Of a stretch of DNA of 64,000 bases, positions 50,698-60,918 are shown in pieces. The DNA is taken from positions 3,040,001 to 3,104,000 of the forward strand of contig OZ219866.1 of assembly GCA_964291675.2 (NCBI GenBank), in the 5' to 3' direction. The position numbers and the translations under genes are program-made. This DNA is from Alphaproteobacteria bacterium. GTDB taxonomy: Bacteria > Pseudomonadota > Alphaproteobacteria > MPNO01. Below the pieces are notes generated by a model. That model saw nothing but the letters and a program-made list of their open reading frames with translations, had not been told where the DNA came from and did no database searches. Every line of letters starts with the position of its first letter. Within the stretch, counting starts at the first letter, position 1.

Positions 50698-52185
50698 TCA
50701 GTAGGGCGCTTCCCGAGTCTCGTTCAGGTTCTCGAACTTGGTCATCTCGGCGTGGAAGCGGAGCACGACCCTGCCGGTCGGGCCGTGCCTCTGCTTGGCG
50801 ACGATGATCTCGGCGCGGCCCTCGGCCTTGCTGCGGCGGTCTTCCCATTGCTCCTGCCGTTCGAGGAACTTGGCCGCGTCCTCGTCCGCCCGTTGGCTCG
50901 GCTCCTGGCGTTCGAGATAGTATTCCTCGCGGTAGATGAACATCACCACGTCGGCATCCTGCTCGATGGTGCCCGATTCGCGGAGGTCGGCGAGAAGCGG
51001 GCGCTTGTCCTCGCGGTTCTCCACCGCGCGCGAGAGCTGCGACAGCGCGAGCACCGGCACGTCGAGCTCCTTGGCCAGCGTCTTGAGGCCGCGGGTGATC
51101 TCGGAGATCTCCTGCACCCGACTGTCGTTGCGCGCGTTGCGGCTGCCGGAGACCAGCTGCAGGTAGTCGACCACCAGGAGGGCGAGCCCGTGCTGGCGCT
51201 TGAGGCGGCGCGCGCGCGTGCGCAGCGCGGACGTGGTGAGCGCCGGCGTGTCGTCGATGAAGAAGCCGAGCCCCTCCAGCTTGCGGCTGGCGACCACCAG
51301 CCGCTCGAACTGGCTCTCGTTGAGCTCGCCGCGGCGAATCTTGTCCGACGAGATCTTGGTCTGCTCGGCGACCAGCCGGTTGGCGAGCTGTTCGGCCGAC
51401 ATCTCCAGCGAGTAGAACCCGACGGCGGGCGGGGCCTTGCCCGTCTCCGCCCCGGCGACGGCCGCCTCGGCGACGTGGAAGGCGATATTGGTGGCCAGCG
51501 CCGTCTTGCCCATCGACGGCCGGCCGGCGAGCACGATCAGGTCGGATTTGTGCAGCCCCCCCAGCATCAGGTCGAGCTCGGTGAAGCCGCTGGGTGCGCC
51601 GACCGTCTTGCCGTCGCGCTTGAACGCCGCCTGGGCCATGTCCACCGCGTCGGCCACCGCCTCGGTGAGCGCGCGGAAGCCGCCCTCGTAGCTCCCCGTC
51701 GTCGCCAGGTCGTAGAGGTTCTGCTCCGCGCTCTCGATCTGGTCGACCGCGCTGACCTCCAGGTCGCCGGCATAGGCGTCGTTGACGATGTCGGTTCCGA
51801 GCTCGATCAGCTCGCGCCGCAGGAACAGGTCGTGGATCAGGCGGCCGTAATCGGCGGCGTTGATCACCGTCGTCGCGTTGGCGGCGAGCCGGGCGACATA
51901 GGCCGCGCCGCCGATCGCGCGGTAGACCTCGTCGGACTCGAAGAAATGCCTGAGCGTGGTGGGGTCGGCGCGCTGGCCGCGCTCGATCAGCGTCTTGCAG
52001 GCGCGCCAGATCCGGCGGTGGAACTCCTCGCTGAAATGCTCCTCGGAGAGGAATTCCGAGACCCGCTCGAAGGCCCGGTTGTTGAGCAGGACCGCGCCGA
52101 GCAGCCCCATCTCGGCCTCGACATTGGCCGGCGGGCTGCGCTGGCCTTCGCGTTCGCTCTCGATGACTGGGACCGTCTCGGCCAA
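50698..52185 (-). CDS. dnaB: Replicative DNA helicase
   Basis: GRPSMGKT, DYLQL, LSQLSR, LRESGTIEQDAD. Confidence 0.95.
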   Translation of the reverse strand: MAETVPVIESEREGQRSPPANVEAEMGLLGAVLLNNRAFERVSEFLSEEHFSEEFHRRIWRACKTLIERGQRADPTTLRHFFESDEVYRAIGGAAYVARLAANATTVINAADYGRLIHDLFLRRELIELGTDIVNDAYAGDLEVSAVDQIESAEQNLYDLATTGSYEGGFRALTEAVADAVDMAQAAFKRDGKTVGAPSGFTELDLMLGGLHKSDLIVLAGRPSMGKTALATNIAFHVAEAAVAGAETGKAPPAVGFYSLEMSAEQLANRLVAEQTKISSDKIRRGELNESQFERLVVASRKLEGLGFFIDDTPALTTSALRTRARRLKRQHGLALLVVDYLQLVSGSRNARNDSRVQEISEITRGLKTLAKELDVPVLALSQLSRAVENREDKRPLLADLRESGTIEQDADVVMFIYREEYYLERQEPSQRADEDAAKFLERQEQWEDRRSKAEGRAEIIVAKQRHGPTGRVVLRFHAEMTKFENLNETREAPY

Positions 52186-52369
52186 GCCTTACCTCCCCCG
52201 GGGCGAAGCAGGGACGGTAATCGAGCCCGGGGCGAATCGGTACGGCGTCGTCCGCCGGTCATGAGAAATAGCGGGGGCGAAAGTTATTTTCGCCGCTGAG
52301 TCGCGGGGAAATCGGAAGTAACCCGCGAGCCCGCAAGGCCGATCCGGACGAAGCGGCGTGTGGATAAGC

Positions 52370-53614
52370 TCAGGCGGCGATTTCCGCCCGCCGCGCTTCG
52401 GCGGCCGTCTGCGCGCGCTCCCAGTCGGTGATGTAGTCCCGCGTCAGCGGCACCGCGTCCTGGTTGCGGGCGATCTGCATCTGGAAGACCATCTGGTTCC
52501 AGTAGCGGAAGGCCATCTCGCAGCCTTTCAGATAGAACTCCCACATCCGGCAGAAGCGCTCGTCGTAGAGATCGCAGATCCGTGACCTGTTGTCTTGGAA
52601 GCGCTGGTGCCAGTGCGCCAGCGTCTTGGCGTAGTGCAGCCGCAGGATCTCGATGTCGGTGACGTAGAGCTTCTCCCGTTCGAGGGCCGCGAGCACCTCC
52701 GACATCGCCGGGGTGTAGCCGCCGGGGAAGATGTACTTGCGCAGCCAGGCGCTGGTGGTTCCCGGCGGCTCCATGCGGCCGATCGAGTGCAGCAGGGCGA
52801 CCCCGTCCTGCGGCAGCAGCTCGCGCAGCTTGCCGAAGAACTCGCGATAGTGCCGGGCGCCGACATGCTCGAACATGCCCACCGACACGATCCGGTCGTA
52901 TTGCCCCGTGCGATGCCGGTAGTCCTCCAGCATGAACCGCACGCGCCCGGAAAGCCCGGCTTCGGCGGCCCGGCGCTCGGCCACCCTGTGCTGCTCCTCC
53001 GACAGCGTCACGCCGGTCACGTCCACCTCTTCGAGCCCGGCGAGGTAGAGGGCGAGCCCGCCCCAGCCGGAGCCGATGTCGAGCACCCGGAGCCCCGGCC
53101 GCAGCCTGAGCTTGGCCGCGAGGTGGCGCTTCTTGTTCTCCTGAGCCTCGTCCAGGGTGTCGGCGTCGTCCGTGAAATAGGCGCAGGAATACTGCCGGTC
53201 GCGGTCGAGGAACAGGTCGTAGAGCGTGTCCGACAGGTCGTAGTGATGGGCGACGTTGCGCCGCGCGCGGCCGATCGGGTTGTGCTGCTGCAGCCAGCGC
53301 GTCCGGCGGCTCAGCCATTGCGACAGGCGGAACGCGGGGTTGTCCTCCGCTGCCTGCGAATTGACGCAGCAATATTCGATGAAGTCGCCAAGCGTTCCTT
53401 CCTCGATGGTAAGAGTTCCGTCCATATAGGCCTCGCCCACCCGAAGCCATGGGTTGGTGACCAGCTGGACGTGCAGCCGGCGGTCGTGCAGCCGGACCGC
53501 GCATTCCGGTCCCGGCGACCCCTCGATCCGGTGAGTGCGCCCGTTCGCGTCGATCAGGGTCAGACGACCGGTGGACGCAACCTTTCCCAACGCCCAGTCG
53601 AGCAACATCGACAC
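52370..53614 (-). CDS. cfa: Cyclopropane-fatty-acyl-phospholipid synthase family methyltransferase
   Basis: HHYDL, YSCAYF, LDIGSGWG, IFPGG. Confidence 0.88.
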   Translation of the reverse strand: MSMLLDWALGKVASTGRLTLIDANGRTHRIEGSPGPECAVRLHDRRLHVQLVTNPWLRVGEAYMDGTLTIEEGTLGDFIEYCCVNSQAAEDNPAFRLSQWLSRRTRWLQQHNPIGRARRNVAHHYDLSDTLYDLFLDRDRQYSCAYFTDDADTLDEAQENKKRHLAAKLRLRPGLRVLDIGSGWGGLALYLAGLEEVDVTGVTLSEEQHRVAERRAAEAGLSGRVRFMLEDYRHRTGQYDRIVSVGMFEHVGARHYREFFGKLRELLPQDGVALLHSIGRMEPPGTTSAWLRKYIFPGGYTPAMSEVLAALEREKLYVTDIEILRLHYAKTLAHWHQRFQDNRSRICDLYDERFCRMWEFYLKGCEMAFRYWNQMVFQMQIARNQDAVPLTRDYITDWERAQTAAEARRAEIAA

Positions 53615-53959
53615 ACCCCTCCCGTAGTTGCGCCGATTCCGGACCGCGACAGGCGAATTCGCGGCCTGGACCGAATTCTAGCTCCTGTCTGCTTCCGCTC
53701 CAATGGCTTGTGCGACGAATCGGGGCGGCGGCGGACCGGTTCGGCCCGGGCATGGCGGCGCGGCGCCGGTGGCGAGTTTTCCCCAGTCCGTGCGACAGTT
53801 CGCCGCAGGGAGCCGCCTTGTTGCTGGCGCCGAATCCCTCGATACGCTAGGTTGATGGCGACTCGGCGTCGTCGACGCCATCAGGTCTGCAGGATATCCG
53901 TGGTTTCGCCAGCTCATGTCGAACGGCGATCGCACCCGATCATCGAAGGAGATACGGTA

Positions 53960-54244
53960 ATGAAGGCTTTGAAAACTTGCGCGGTCGTTGCGCTGCCCTT
54001 GATGTTCGTCGCCGGCTGCGAAGTGGTGACGGTGGAACAATACCGGGCGACGGACGCGACCGCGAAGCAGGCCGCCGCCGCGGCGGCTGCCGCGGGCGCC
54101 AAGGCCGATGCCGCCGGCAAGCGCGCCGAAGACGCGGCCCGCGCCGCGGAACGTGCCGCCGCCGCGGCGGAGCGCGCCGCCAACGAGGCCAAGTCCGCCG
54201 CGATGAAGATGGACCGCATGATGCAGTCCAAGATGCGGAAATAG
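53960..54244 (+). CDS. Lpp/OprI-like alanine-zipper lipoprotein
   Basis: Lipobox VAGC, Ala-rich coiled coil, C-terminal RK; AAGGAG RBS. Confidence 0.7.
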   Translation: MKALKTCAVVALPLMFVAGCEVVTVEQYRATDATAKQAAAAAAAAGAKADAAGKRAEDAARAAERAAAAAERAANEAKSAAMKMDRMMQSKMRK

Positions 54245-54310
54245 GCGGGTTTGGACTGACTTGACGGCCGCGTCGGGCAACTCCGCTCGACGCGGCCCGT
54301 CGGCGGGACG

Positions 54311-55390
54311 CTACCCCGCGGCGCCCTCCCTCTTGAGGACGGCAATCGGCAGCCCCTCGCGCTTGCGCAGGGCCTGCCGGATACGGCTCCAGTCGAGCCT
54401 CCTCGCATTCCCCCGGACGGCGGCGACGAGCCTGTAGGCGATCTCGGGCGCGCCCTCGCGGGTCATCCGCTCGCCGGCTTCCACCTGGTCGGCCTGGGCC
54501 TGGGTCGGATGGACCTCGAGCATGAGATCGCCGCCCACCCAGGCGATCTTGATCGGCTGGTCGACCACGGTGACGGGCGTGCCGACGGGGATTTCGCGGA
54601 ACAGCCGGGCGATGTCTTCCGGGTAGAGCCGCACACAGCCATGCGAGGCGCGGCGGCCGATCCCGTAGGGCCGGTTGGTGCCGTGCAGCAGATAGGCCGC
54701 CCAGCCGAGATAGAGCGCGTGCAGGCCGAGCGGGTTGTCCGGCCCGGGCGGCACCACCGCCGGCAGATCCGGGCGTTCGGCGCGAATCGACTTCGGCACG
54801 TACCAGGTCGGCCTTGCGCGCTTGCGCACCACCCTGGTGCGCCCGGTCGGCGTCGACCATCCCTCCCGGCCGATCCCCACCGGATACGAGACCACCGTCT
54901 TGCCGTCCGGCTTGAAATGGTAGAGCCGCTGGTCGCCGAGGTTGAGAACCAGCCCGCGATGCGCCGCCTGCGGGACGATATGGGCGGTCGGGATCAGGAT
55001 CTCGGTGCCTTCGCCCGGCAGCCATGGATCGACATAGGGGTTGGCCGCGCGCAGCTCGGTGTAGCCGACGTTGAAGCGCCGCGGCAGGTGGATCAGCGTG
55101 TCCTCGTGGCGCGCGCGGTAGCGCAGCACGCGGCCGATCATCGCGGGATAGGCCGTCTCGCTCGAAACCGCAGTCCCGGCCGGCCCGGCGGCGTTCTCGG
55201 CGGCCTGCGCCGCGCCCAGCCAGAGGGCCGCGGCGCAGGCGCAGGCGATCCCGAGCGCCCGGTTTCGGATGGGCGGCAAGAGCCCGTCTCTCATGTTCCG
55301 CTGGTGCATGCCCCCGTCGCGCGCCGGCCGGCCCGGCCCGGCCCCGCCCGGCCTCCGGCCCGCCGCCCGGTCATGGCGTCCTTTCCGCAA
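54311..55390 (-). CDS. L,D-transpeptidase (ErfK/YbiS family; start probably ~55300)
   Basis: ANP.VDPWLP, YPVGIG, PGPDNPLG, HGT...SHGCVRL. Confidence 0.88.
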   Translation of the reverse strand: MRKGRHDRAAGRRPGGAGPGRPARDGGMHQRNMRDGLLPPIRNRALGIACACAAALWLGAAQAAENAAGPAGTAVSSETAYPAMIGRVLRYRARHEDTLIHLPRRFNVGYTELRAANPYVDPWLPGEGTEILIPTAHIVPQAAHRGLVLNLGDQRLYHFKPDGKTVVSYPVGIGREGWSTPTGRTRVVRKRARPTWYVPKSIRAERPDLPAVVPPGPDNPLGLHALYLGWAAYLLHGTNRPYGIGRRASHGCVRLYPEDIARLFREIPVGTPVTVVDQPIKIAWVGGDLMLEVHPTQAQADQVEAGERMTREGAPEIAYRLVAAVRGNARRLDWSRIRQALRKREGLPIAVLKREGAAG

Positions 55391-55452
55391 AGTCCCCGGT
55401 CCGTTAGATTGTCGTCCCGATTATACCAGATCGCGTCGCTGGAGGGCGGTTT

Positions 55453-56076
55453 ATGGAGCGCATCATTGTCGGCATCACCGGCGCCACCGGCACGATCTAC
55501 GGCGTGCGGCTGATGGAGATGCTGCGCCAGTCCGGCGCGTTCGAAGTCCATCTGGTGATGAGCCGGTCGGCCAAGCTGACCCTCAAGATGGAGCACGACG
55601 TCGACATCGCCGACATCAACGCGCTGGCCGACGAGGTGCACGAGGTCGGCAATATCGGGGCGTCCATCTCGTCGGGCTCTTTCCATTCCAAGGGTATGGT
55701 GATCGCGCCGTGCTCGATCAAGACCATGTCGAACGTGGCGATGGGCAATACCGGCGACCTGATCAGCCGCGCCGCGGACGTGGTGCTCAAGGAGCGCCGC
55801 ACGCTGCTGGTGGCGATCCGCGAGACGCCGCTGCATGCCGGCCATCTGGAGAACCTGATCCGCCTCGGCCGGCTCGGCGCGGTGATCTTCCCGCCGGTGC
55901 CGGCGTTCTACAACCGGCCGGTGACGTTGCAGGACGTGGTCGACCAGAGCTGCATGAGGATGCTCGACCAGTTCGGCATCCACATCGAATCGGCCCCCCG
56001 CTGGGGCGAGGAGGGCGGCGTGCCGGCGGTCGGCCAGAGGATCGTCGGCGGCAAGGCGGCCGCGGTCGACGACTAG
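55453..56076 (+). CDS. ubiX: Flavin prenyltransferase
   Basis: GITGATG, SSGS, PCS, RAADV.LKERR, RETP. Confidence 0.92.
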   Translation: MERIIVGITGATGTIYGVRLMEMLRQSGAFEVHLVMSRSAKLTLKMEHDVDIADINALADEVHEVGNIGASISSGSFHSKGMVIAPCSIKTMSNVAMGNTGDLISRAADVVLKERRTLLVAIRETPLHAGHLENLIRLGRLGAVIFPPVPAFYNRPVTLQDVVDQSCMRMLDQFGIHIESAPRWGEEGGVPAVGQRIVGGKAAAVDD

Positions 56077-56240
56077 CGCGCGCCCGGTTGGGCCGGAAGC
56101 GTTCCCCCCCATTCCCGCGCCGCCACCGTCGGCGAGGCCGGCCGTCAATGCGATCCATGGTTGTATGTCCGTCCGGGTTTGTTCTGGATCGCCAATGCGG
56201 CGTCCACTATATTCGCAAACGAGGATGGCGGAGTTCGACT

Positions 56241-56432
56241 ATGGCCACCCAGGCCGATACCCATGAAGCAGCCTTCGGCCAGCGTCTGGCAAGGATCGAA
56301 TCCTTCATGGAGCATGCCGCCACCCGCGAGGATCTGCTCAATCTCAAGGTGTGGATTCTGTTGTGTGCCATAGGCGCCATCGCGGGCGGGGCGACGCTCG
56401 CGATAGCCGTCGTCCAGCTGTTCATGGGGTAA
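56241..56432 (+). CDS. Small membrane-anchored coiled-coil protein
   Basis: RLARIE...ATREDL...W plus C-terminal TM segment; GGAG RBS. Confidence 0.5.
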   Translation: MATQADTHEAAFGQRLARIESFMEHAATREDLLNLKVWILLCAIGAIAGGATLAIAVVQLFMG

Positions 56433-57225
56433 TGCGGGCGTAGCCCAGCCTGACCTCCGCCGCACCGATCCCGTCGATCTCGACGCGCGCCGCGGCGGGA
56501 AAGCGCGCGAGCCACACCGTCTTCACCAGCGATCCCGTCATCACCAGCGAGCCCGCGCGCAGCACCGCGCCCCGCCGTCCGAGCGCGCGGGCGAGCCATG
56601 CAACGGCATCGAGCGGATGCCCGAGCACGTCCGTCCCCGCGCCCCGCCCGGTTTCCACGCCGTCGATCAGGGTCCGCCCGGACGCGCGGTCGAGCGCCAT
56701 CGGGTCGCAGTCCGCCGGCTTCCCCAGCACGCAGGCGGCCTGGAAGAAATCGTCGGCGATCAGCGTCGGCGTGCCGAGGGCGGACCAGTCGCCGTAGCGG
56801 TTGTCGACGATCTCGATCGCCGGCATCGCCGCGGCGACGGCACCGGCGATCCGGGCGCGGGGCGGGGCGCGGCGGCGGGCGTCGACATCGCGGCCGAGCC
56901 GGAGCGCGATCTCGCATTCGATGCCGGGCGCCCGGAACCCCGCCGCGGCCAGCACGGCGCCGGTGGGATGGACGTCGCCGGCGCGGATGCCGCCATAGAC
57001 CGGCGCGTCGAGGCCCAGCATCGCCTGCATGACGGGGGTGGTGCAGCCGAGCTTGTAGCCCGCCTGCGGCGGGTCGCCGTTGTCGGCGAACCAGGCGCGC
57101 AGCGCCTGCTGGACGCGATAGGCTTCCGCCTCGTCCGCCGGCCGCAGCGGCCCGGGAAGCGGCCCGACCGCCGCGACGTTTCGCCGCGCCCGGCCGAGCA
57201 GCGCCGCCGCGTCTTCCGCGGTCAA
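56422..57225 (-). CDS. 2-keto-4-pentenoate hydratase/FAH family protein
   Basis: AYRVQ, GYKLG.T, IECEI, IEIVD.R, LGHP, TGS. Confidence 0.8.
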   Translation of the reverse strand: MTAEDAAALLGRARRNVAAVGPLPGPLRPADEAEAYRVQQALRAWFADNGDPPQAGYKLGCTTPVMQAMLGLDAPVYGGIRAGDVHPTGAVLAAAGFRAPGIECEIALRLGRDVDARRRAPPRARIAGAVAAAMPAIEIVDNRYGDWSALGTPTLIADDFFQAACVLGKPADCDPMALDRASGRTLIDGVETGRGAGTDVLGHPLDAVAWLARALGRRGAVLRAGSLVMTGSLVKTVWLARFPAAARVEIDGIGAAEVRLGYARITP

Positions 57226-57941
57226 ACGACCGGCCGCTCGTCCTCGAAGCGGGCGGCCTCCCTCGCGGCGTTCTTCGCCCGTTCGGCGGCGCAGTCCTCG
57301 AACAGCGTGCCCGGGTAGAGGTCGCGGAAATCGCCGATCACCCGGTCGAAGTCGAAATCCGACCACACGCCGTGATCCCGGACATACTCCATGTGGCGCC
57401 GGCCCTGCCCGTCGAATTCCTGGAACAGCGCGTGGCCGGTGCCGTCGAACTCGGTCGGCAGCACGTCGAACTTCTCGCACAGCTCCAGATTGAAGGTCGC
57501 CGCCGCCTTGACCCAGCCCCCGTCGAGATGCAGCACCGCGTAGCCGTGGTGGATGAACAAATTGCTGCCGCCCATCAGATTGAGCAGGCGCTCGGTGCAG
57601 AGATGGTTGGTCACGTCCGACAGACCGAGCCCTGCGGGGATGCCGACGGCGCGCGCGCAGGCGACCAGGAGATTGGCCTTGGGCACGCAGAACGCGGCGC
57701 CGGATTCGAGCACGCGGCTCGCCCGGTAGCTCTCGCGGTCATCCGATATGGTGTAGGGGTCGTAGCGGATCTCGTCGCGGATCGCGTAGAACAGCGCCAC
57801 CGCCCTGGCGACCGGGGTATCCGCGCCGGCGGTCCTGGCCAGCGCGAACGCGCGGACCGACGGCGCGTCGTGGTCGAAATACCGGGTCGGCTCCAGATAC
57901 AGCCCTCCCGGCTCCGGATAGCCCGCCTCCACATGCTGCAT
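57222..57941 (-). CDS. Transglutaminase-like protein
   Basis: RDEIRYDPY, FCVPKA.LL.A..RAVGIPA, HGY. Confidence 0.8.
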   Translation of the reverse strand: MQHVEAGYPEPGGLYLEPTRYFDHDAPSVRAFALARTAGADTPVARAVALFYAIRDEIRYDPYTISDDRESYRASRVLESGAAFCVPKANLLVACARAVGIPAGLGLSDVTNHLCTERLLNLMGGSNLFIHHGYAVLHLDGGWVKAAATFNLELCEKFDVLPTEFDGTGHALFQEFDGQGRRHMEYVRDHGVWSDFDFDRVIGDFRDLYPGTLFEDCAAERAKNAAREAARFEDERPVV

Positions 57942-58068
57942 CGCCAGCCCTCCCGCCCTTCGCGGCGGGCCGCAACATAGGTGTCCGCCCTGTGCGCTGC
58001 AACGTCGGCGAATGCTGGTATGATGGGACGGTCACCCAGTGGCCGCGCCGGACGGGAGAGGGACCGCG

Positions 58069-59553
58069 ATGCCGAAGGACGGAGATCGACACCGGGAGAG
58101 CCTGCGGGACGGGCGCGAGGTCTATCTCGACGGCGTGCGCATCGGCGACGTGACCGTCCATCCCGCCTACCGGAACGCGGTCGCTTCGGCCTGCGCGCTC
58201 TACGACTTCCAGTGCCGGCCCGAGAACGTCGAGCTGATGACCTTCGAATCGCCGACCAGCGGCGAGCGGGTCAACCGCGCCTGGCAGCTCACCAAATCCT
58301 ATGAGGAGCTGGTCGCGCGCCGCAAGGCGATCGTCGCCTGGATGAGGCTTTCGGGCGGCTGGCTCGGGCGCTCGCCGGACCACATCGCGTCCTCGATGGC
58401 GGGCCAGGTGATGGGCATCCACCTGTTCCGGCGGCACAGCGAGGCGCGGGCGCAGGCGCTGCTCGACTACTACGCCTGGGCGCGGGACAACGACATCTAC
58501 ATGACCTACGTGATCATCAACCCGCAGGCCGACCGGTCGAAGGACACCGGCGAGCAGGACGAGGAGTTCTTGACCTGCGGCGTGGTCGACGAGGATCCGC
58601 AGGGGATCACCGTGCGCGGCGCCAAGATGCTCGGCACCGGCTCGATCATGGCGAACGAGGTGCTGTGCGCCAACATCCAGCCGCTCCGGCCGGGCGAGGA
58701 GAAATACGCCATCTCCTTCGCCGTGCCGATGGCGCACAAGGGCGTCAAGGTGCTGTCCCGGCGGTCCTACGAGGGCTCGGTCACCAGCGAGTACGACTAC
58801 CCGCTGTCGACCCATTTCGACGAGAACGACGCGCTGATCTATTTCGACGACGTGCACGTGCCGTGGGACCGGGTGTTCATCTACCGCGACACCGAGATGG
58901 CGCGGGCCCAGTTCTCCGACACCTACGCGCACTACATGCAGAACTACCAGGCGCAGATCCGCCTGATGGTGAAGATGCAGTTCCTGCTCGGCGTCGCCCA
59001 CAAGATCGCCGAGACCATCGGCACGGTCGGCATCCCCTCGGTGCGCGAGCAGCTCGGCCATCTCGCGGCGCAGACCGCGATGGTCAAGGGGCTGGTCTAC
59101 GGCATGGAAGCCGGCGGCGGCGAGTATCACGGCCATTACGTGCCCGACCGCAACCTGATGTACTCCTCCCAGGTGCTGACCCAGCAGCTCTACCCCGACT
59201 TCATCACCAAGCTGCGCGAGCTCGCCGGCGGGGCGCTGATCATGCTGCCGTCCTCGGCGCGCGACTTCGCCGTCCCGGCGCTCGCCGAGTATATCGAGCG
59301 CACCCAGCAATCGCCGGCGATGGACCCCGAGCCCAGGGTGAAATTCCTCAAGCTCGCCTGGGACGCGATCGGCTCGGAATTCGCCTCGCGCCACGCCCAG
59401 TACGAGATGTTCTACGCCGGCGCCCAGTTCGTCACCCGCGGCCACGCCTACCGCACCTATGACTGGCAGGCGGCGACCGGGCTGGTCGACGAGATGCTGT
59501 CCCGCTACGACCTCGCCGCCTCCATCGGCAGCGCGGAGGAGGCGGCGGAGTAG
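58069..59553 (+). CDS. 4-hydroxyphenylacetate 3-hydroxylase family (HpaB/PvcC-like) oxygenase
   Basis: SLRDGREVY, GRSPDH, GAKMLGT, FDENDA, SRHAQYEMFY. Confidence 0.85.
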   Translation: MPKDGDRHRESLRDGREVYLDGVRIGDVTVHPAYRNAVASACALYDFQCRPENVELMTFESPTSGERVNRAWQLTKSYEELVARRKAIVAWMRLSGGWLGRSPDHIASSMAGQVMGIHLFRRHSEARAQALLDYYAWARDNDIYMTYVIINPQADRSKDTGEQDEEFLTCGVVDEDPQGITVRGAKMLGTGSIMANEVLCANIQPLRPGEEKYAISFAVPMAHKGVKVLSRRSYEGSVTSEYDYPLSTHFDENDALIYFDDVHVPWDRVFIYRDTEMARAQFSDTYAHYMQNYQAQIRLMVKMQFLLGVAHKIAETIGTVGIPSVREQLGHLAAQTAMVKGLVYGMEAGGGEYHGHYVPDRNLMYSSQVLTQQLYPDFITKLRELAGGALIMLPSSARDFAVPALAEYIERTQQSPAMDPEPRVKFLKLAWDAIGSEFASRHAQYEMFYAGAQFVTRGHAYRTYDWQAATGLVDEMLSRYDLAASIGSAEEAAE

Positions 59554-59661
59554 GGGGGCGCCGCTCTGGTGCCGGTCCCGCGAATCCGCCTATAACCGGG
59601 GCTGACGGCCGCCCTCGATCGCCGCTCGCCTGTCCGGGGGGGCGCCGGGCAGGGGGGTCGC

Positions 59662-60918
59662 TTGGCCGCAGGACACGCATCCGACATCGACGCGCGCGCG
59701 GCCCGGAGGGGCTGGATCGTCGTCGCCGCGCTGTTCGCGATGCTCGGCATCGTGATCGCCGCGCGCAACGCGATCGGCCTGCTGATGCCGTTTCTCAAGG
59801 ACGATCTGGGCTGGAGCTACGGCCTGGTGTCCACCGCTGGCGCGGCGATGCTGACCACCATGGCGGCGGTCGCCCCGGTCGCCGGGATGCTGCTCGACCG
59901 GCACGGCCCGCGCGCGGTCTACGCCATCGGCATGGCGCTCGCCGCGCTGGCGCTCGGGTTGTGCGCGCTGATGTCGGAGCCCTGGCAGCTCGTGCTGTGC
60001 TACGGCCTGGTCGGCGGCATCGGCTTCGCGGCGATCTCCCCCTCGCTGGTGTCGACCACGGTGGCGGCGTATTTCGACCGCCGCCTCGGGCTTGCCACCG
60101 GCATCGCGACCTCGGGCAGCACCGCCGGGCAGGTCGCCCTGATGCCGCTGCTCGCGGTGCTGATCGCGGCGTTCGGCTGGCGCTCCAGCCTGTGGATCGC
60201 CGCCGCCGCAATCCTCGCCACCGCGGTCGCGGTCAACCTGCTGATCGGCCGGCGCGGGGCCGCCGCCGCCCGTCCGGTGCCGAATCGGGGGGCGCGAAGC
60301 GGCTTCGGCGCGGTGCTGCGCGAGCTCGCCCGCAAGCCGACCTTCTGGCTGCTCGCCGGCGGCTTCGCGATCTGCGGCTTCACCACCGCCGGGGTGGTCA
60401 AGATCCACCTGATCCCCTACGCCGTCGCCTGCGGCTTCCCGCCGCTGGAGGGCGCCACCGCCTATGGCGTGCTGTCGGCCTTCAGCCTCGCCGGGCTGAT
60501 CGGCTTCGGCCACCTGTCCGACCGCTTCCACCGTCCGACGCTGCTCGCCGCGATCTACTTCATGCGCGGGCTCACCTTCCTCGTCCTCATGCAGATCTCC
60601 GGCAGCACGCCGCTCCTGTTCGCCTTCGCGGTGCTGTTCGGCAGCTTCGACTACGCCACCTTCCCGATCGTCGCCGGCCTGGTGGCGAGCCATATGGGGC
60701 GGCATATCATGGGCGTCACGATGGGGCTGATCTTCGCCGCCCACTCGCTCGGCGGCGCGGCGGGATCGTTCCTCGGCGGCTATCTGTTCGAGCTCTTCGC
60801 GCGCTATGACTGGGTGTGGATCGTGTCGCTCGCGCTCGCCTTCCTGGCCGCCTTCCTGTCGATCCTGATCCGCGAGAGCCGCGGCCCCGGCCCGGCGCTC
60901 GCAACCGCCGGGGCCTGA
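59662..60918 (+). CDS. MFS transporter
   Basis: Multiple TM segments, DRHG, RRLGLATGI. Confidence 0.85.
   Translation: MAAGHASDIDARAARRGWIVVAALFAMLGIVIAARNAIGLLMPFLKDDLGWSYGLVSTAGAAMLTTMAAVAPVAGMLLDRHGPRAVYAIGMALAALALGLCALMSEPWQLVLCYGLVGGIGFAAISPSLVSTTVAAYFDRRLGLATGIATSGSTAGQVALMPLLAVLIAAFGWRSSLWIAAAAILATAVAVNLLIGRRGAAAARPVPNRGARSGFGAVLRELARKPTFWLLAGGFAICGFTTAGVVKIHLIPYAVACGFPPLEGATAYGVLSAFSLAGLIGFGHLSDRFHRPTLLAAIYFMRGLTFLVLMQISGSTPLLFAFAVLFGSFDYATFPIVAGLVASHMGRHIMGVTMGLIFAAHSLGGAAGSFLGGYLFELFARYDWVWIVSLALAFLAAFLSILIRESRGPGPALATAGA

Noticed and set aside
52359-52367. DnaA box near dnaB as a replication origin
   Set aside because: Single box, no cluster or AT-rich unwinding region; at most a regulatory site.
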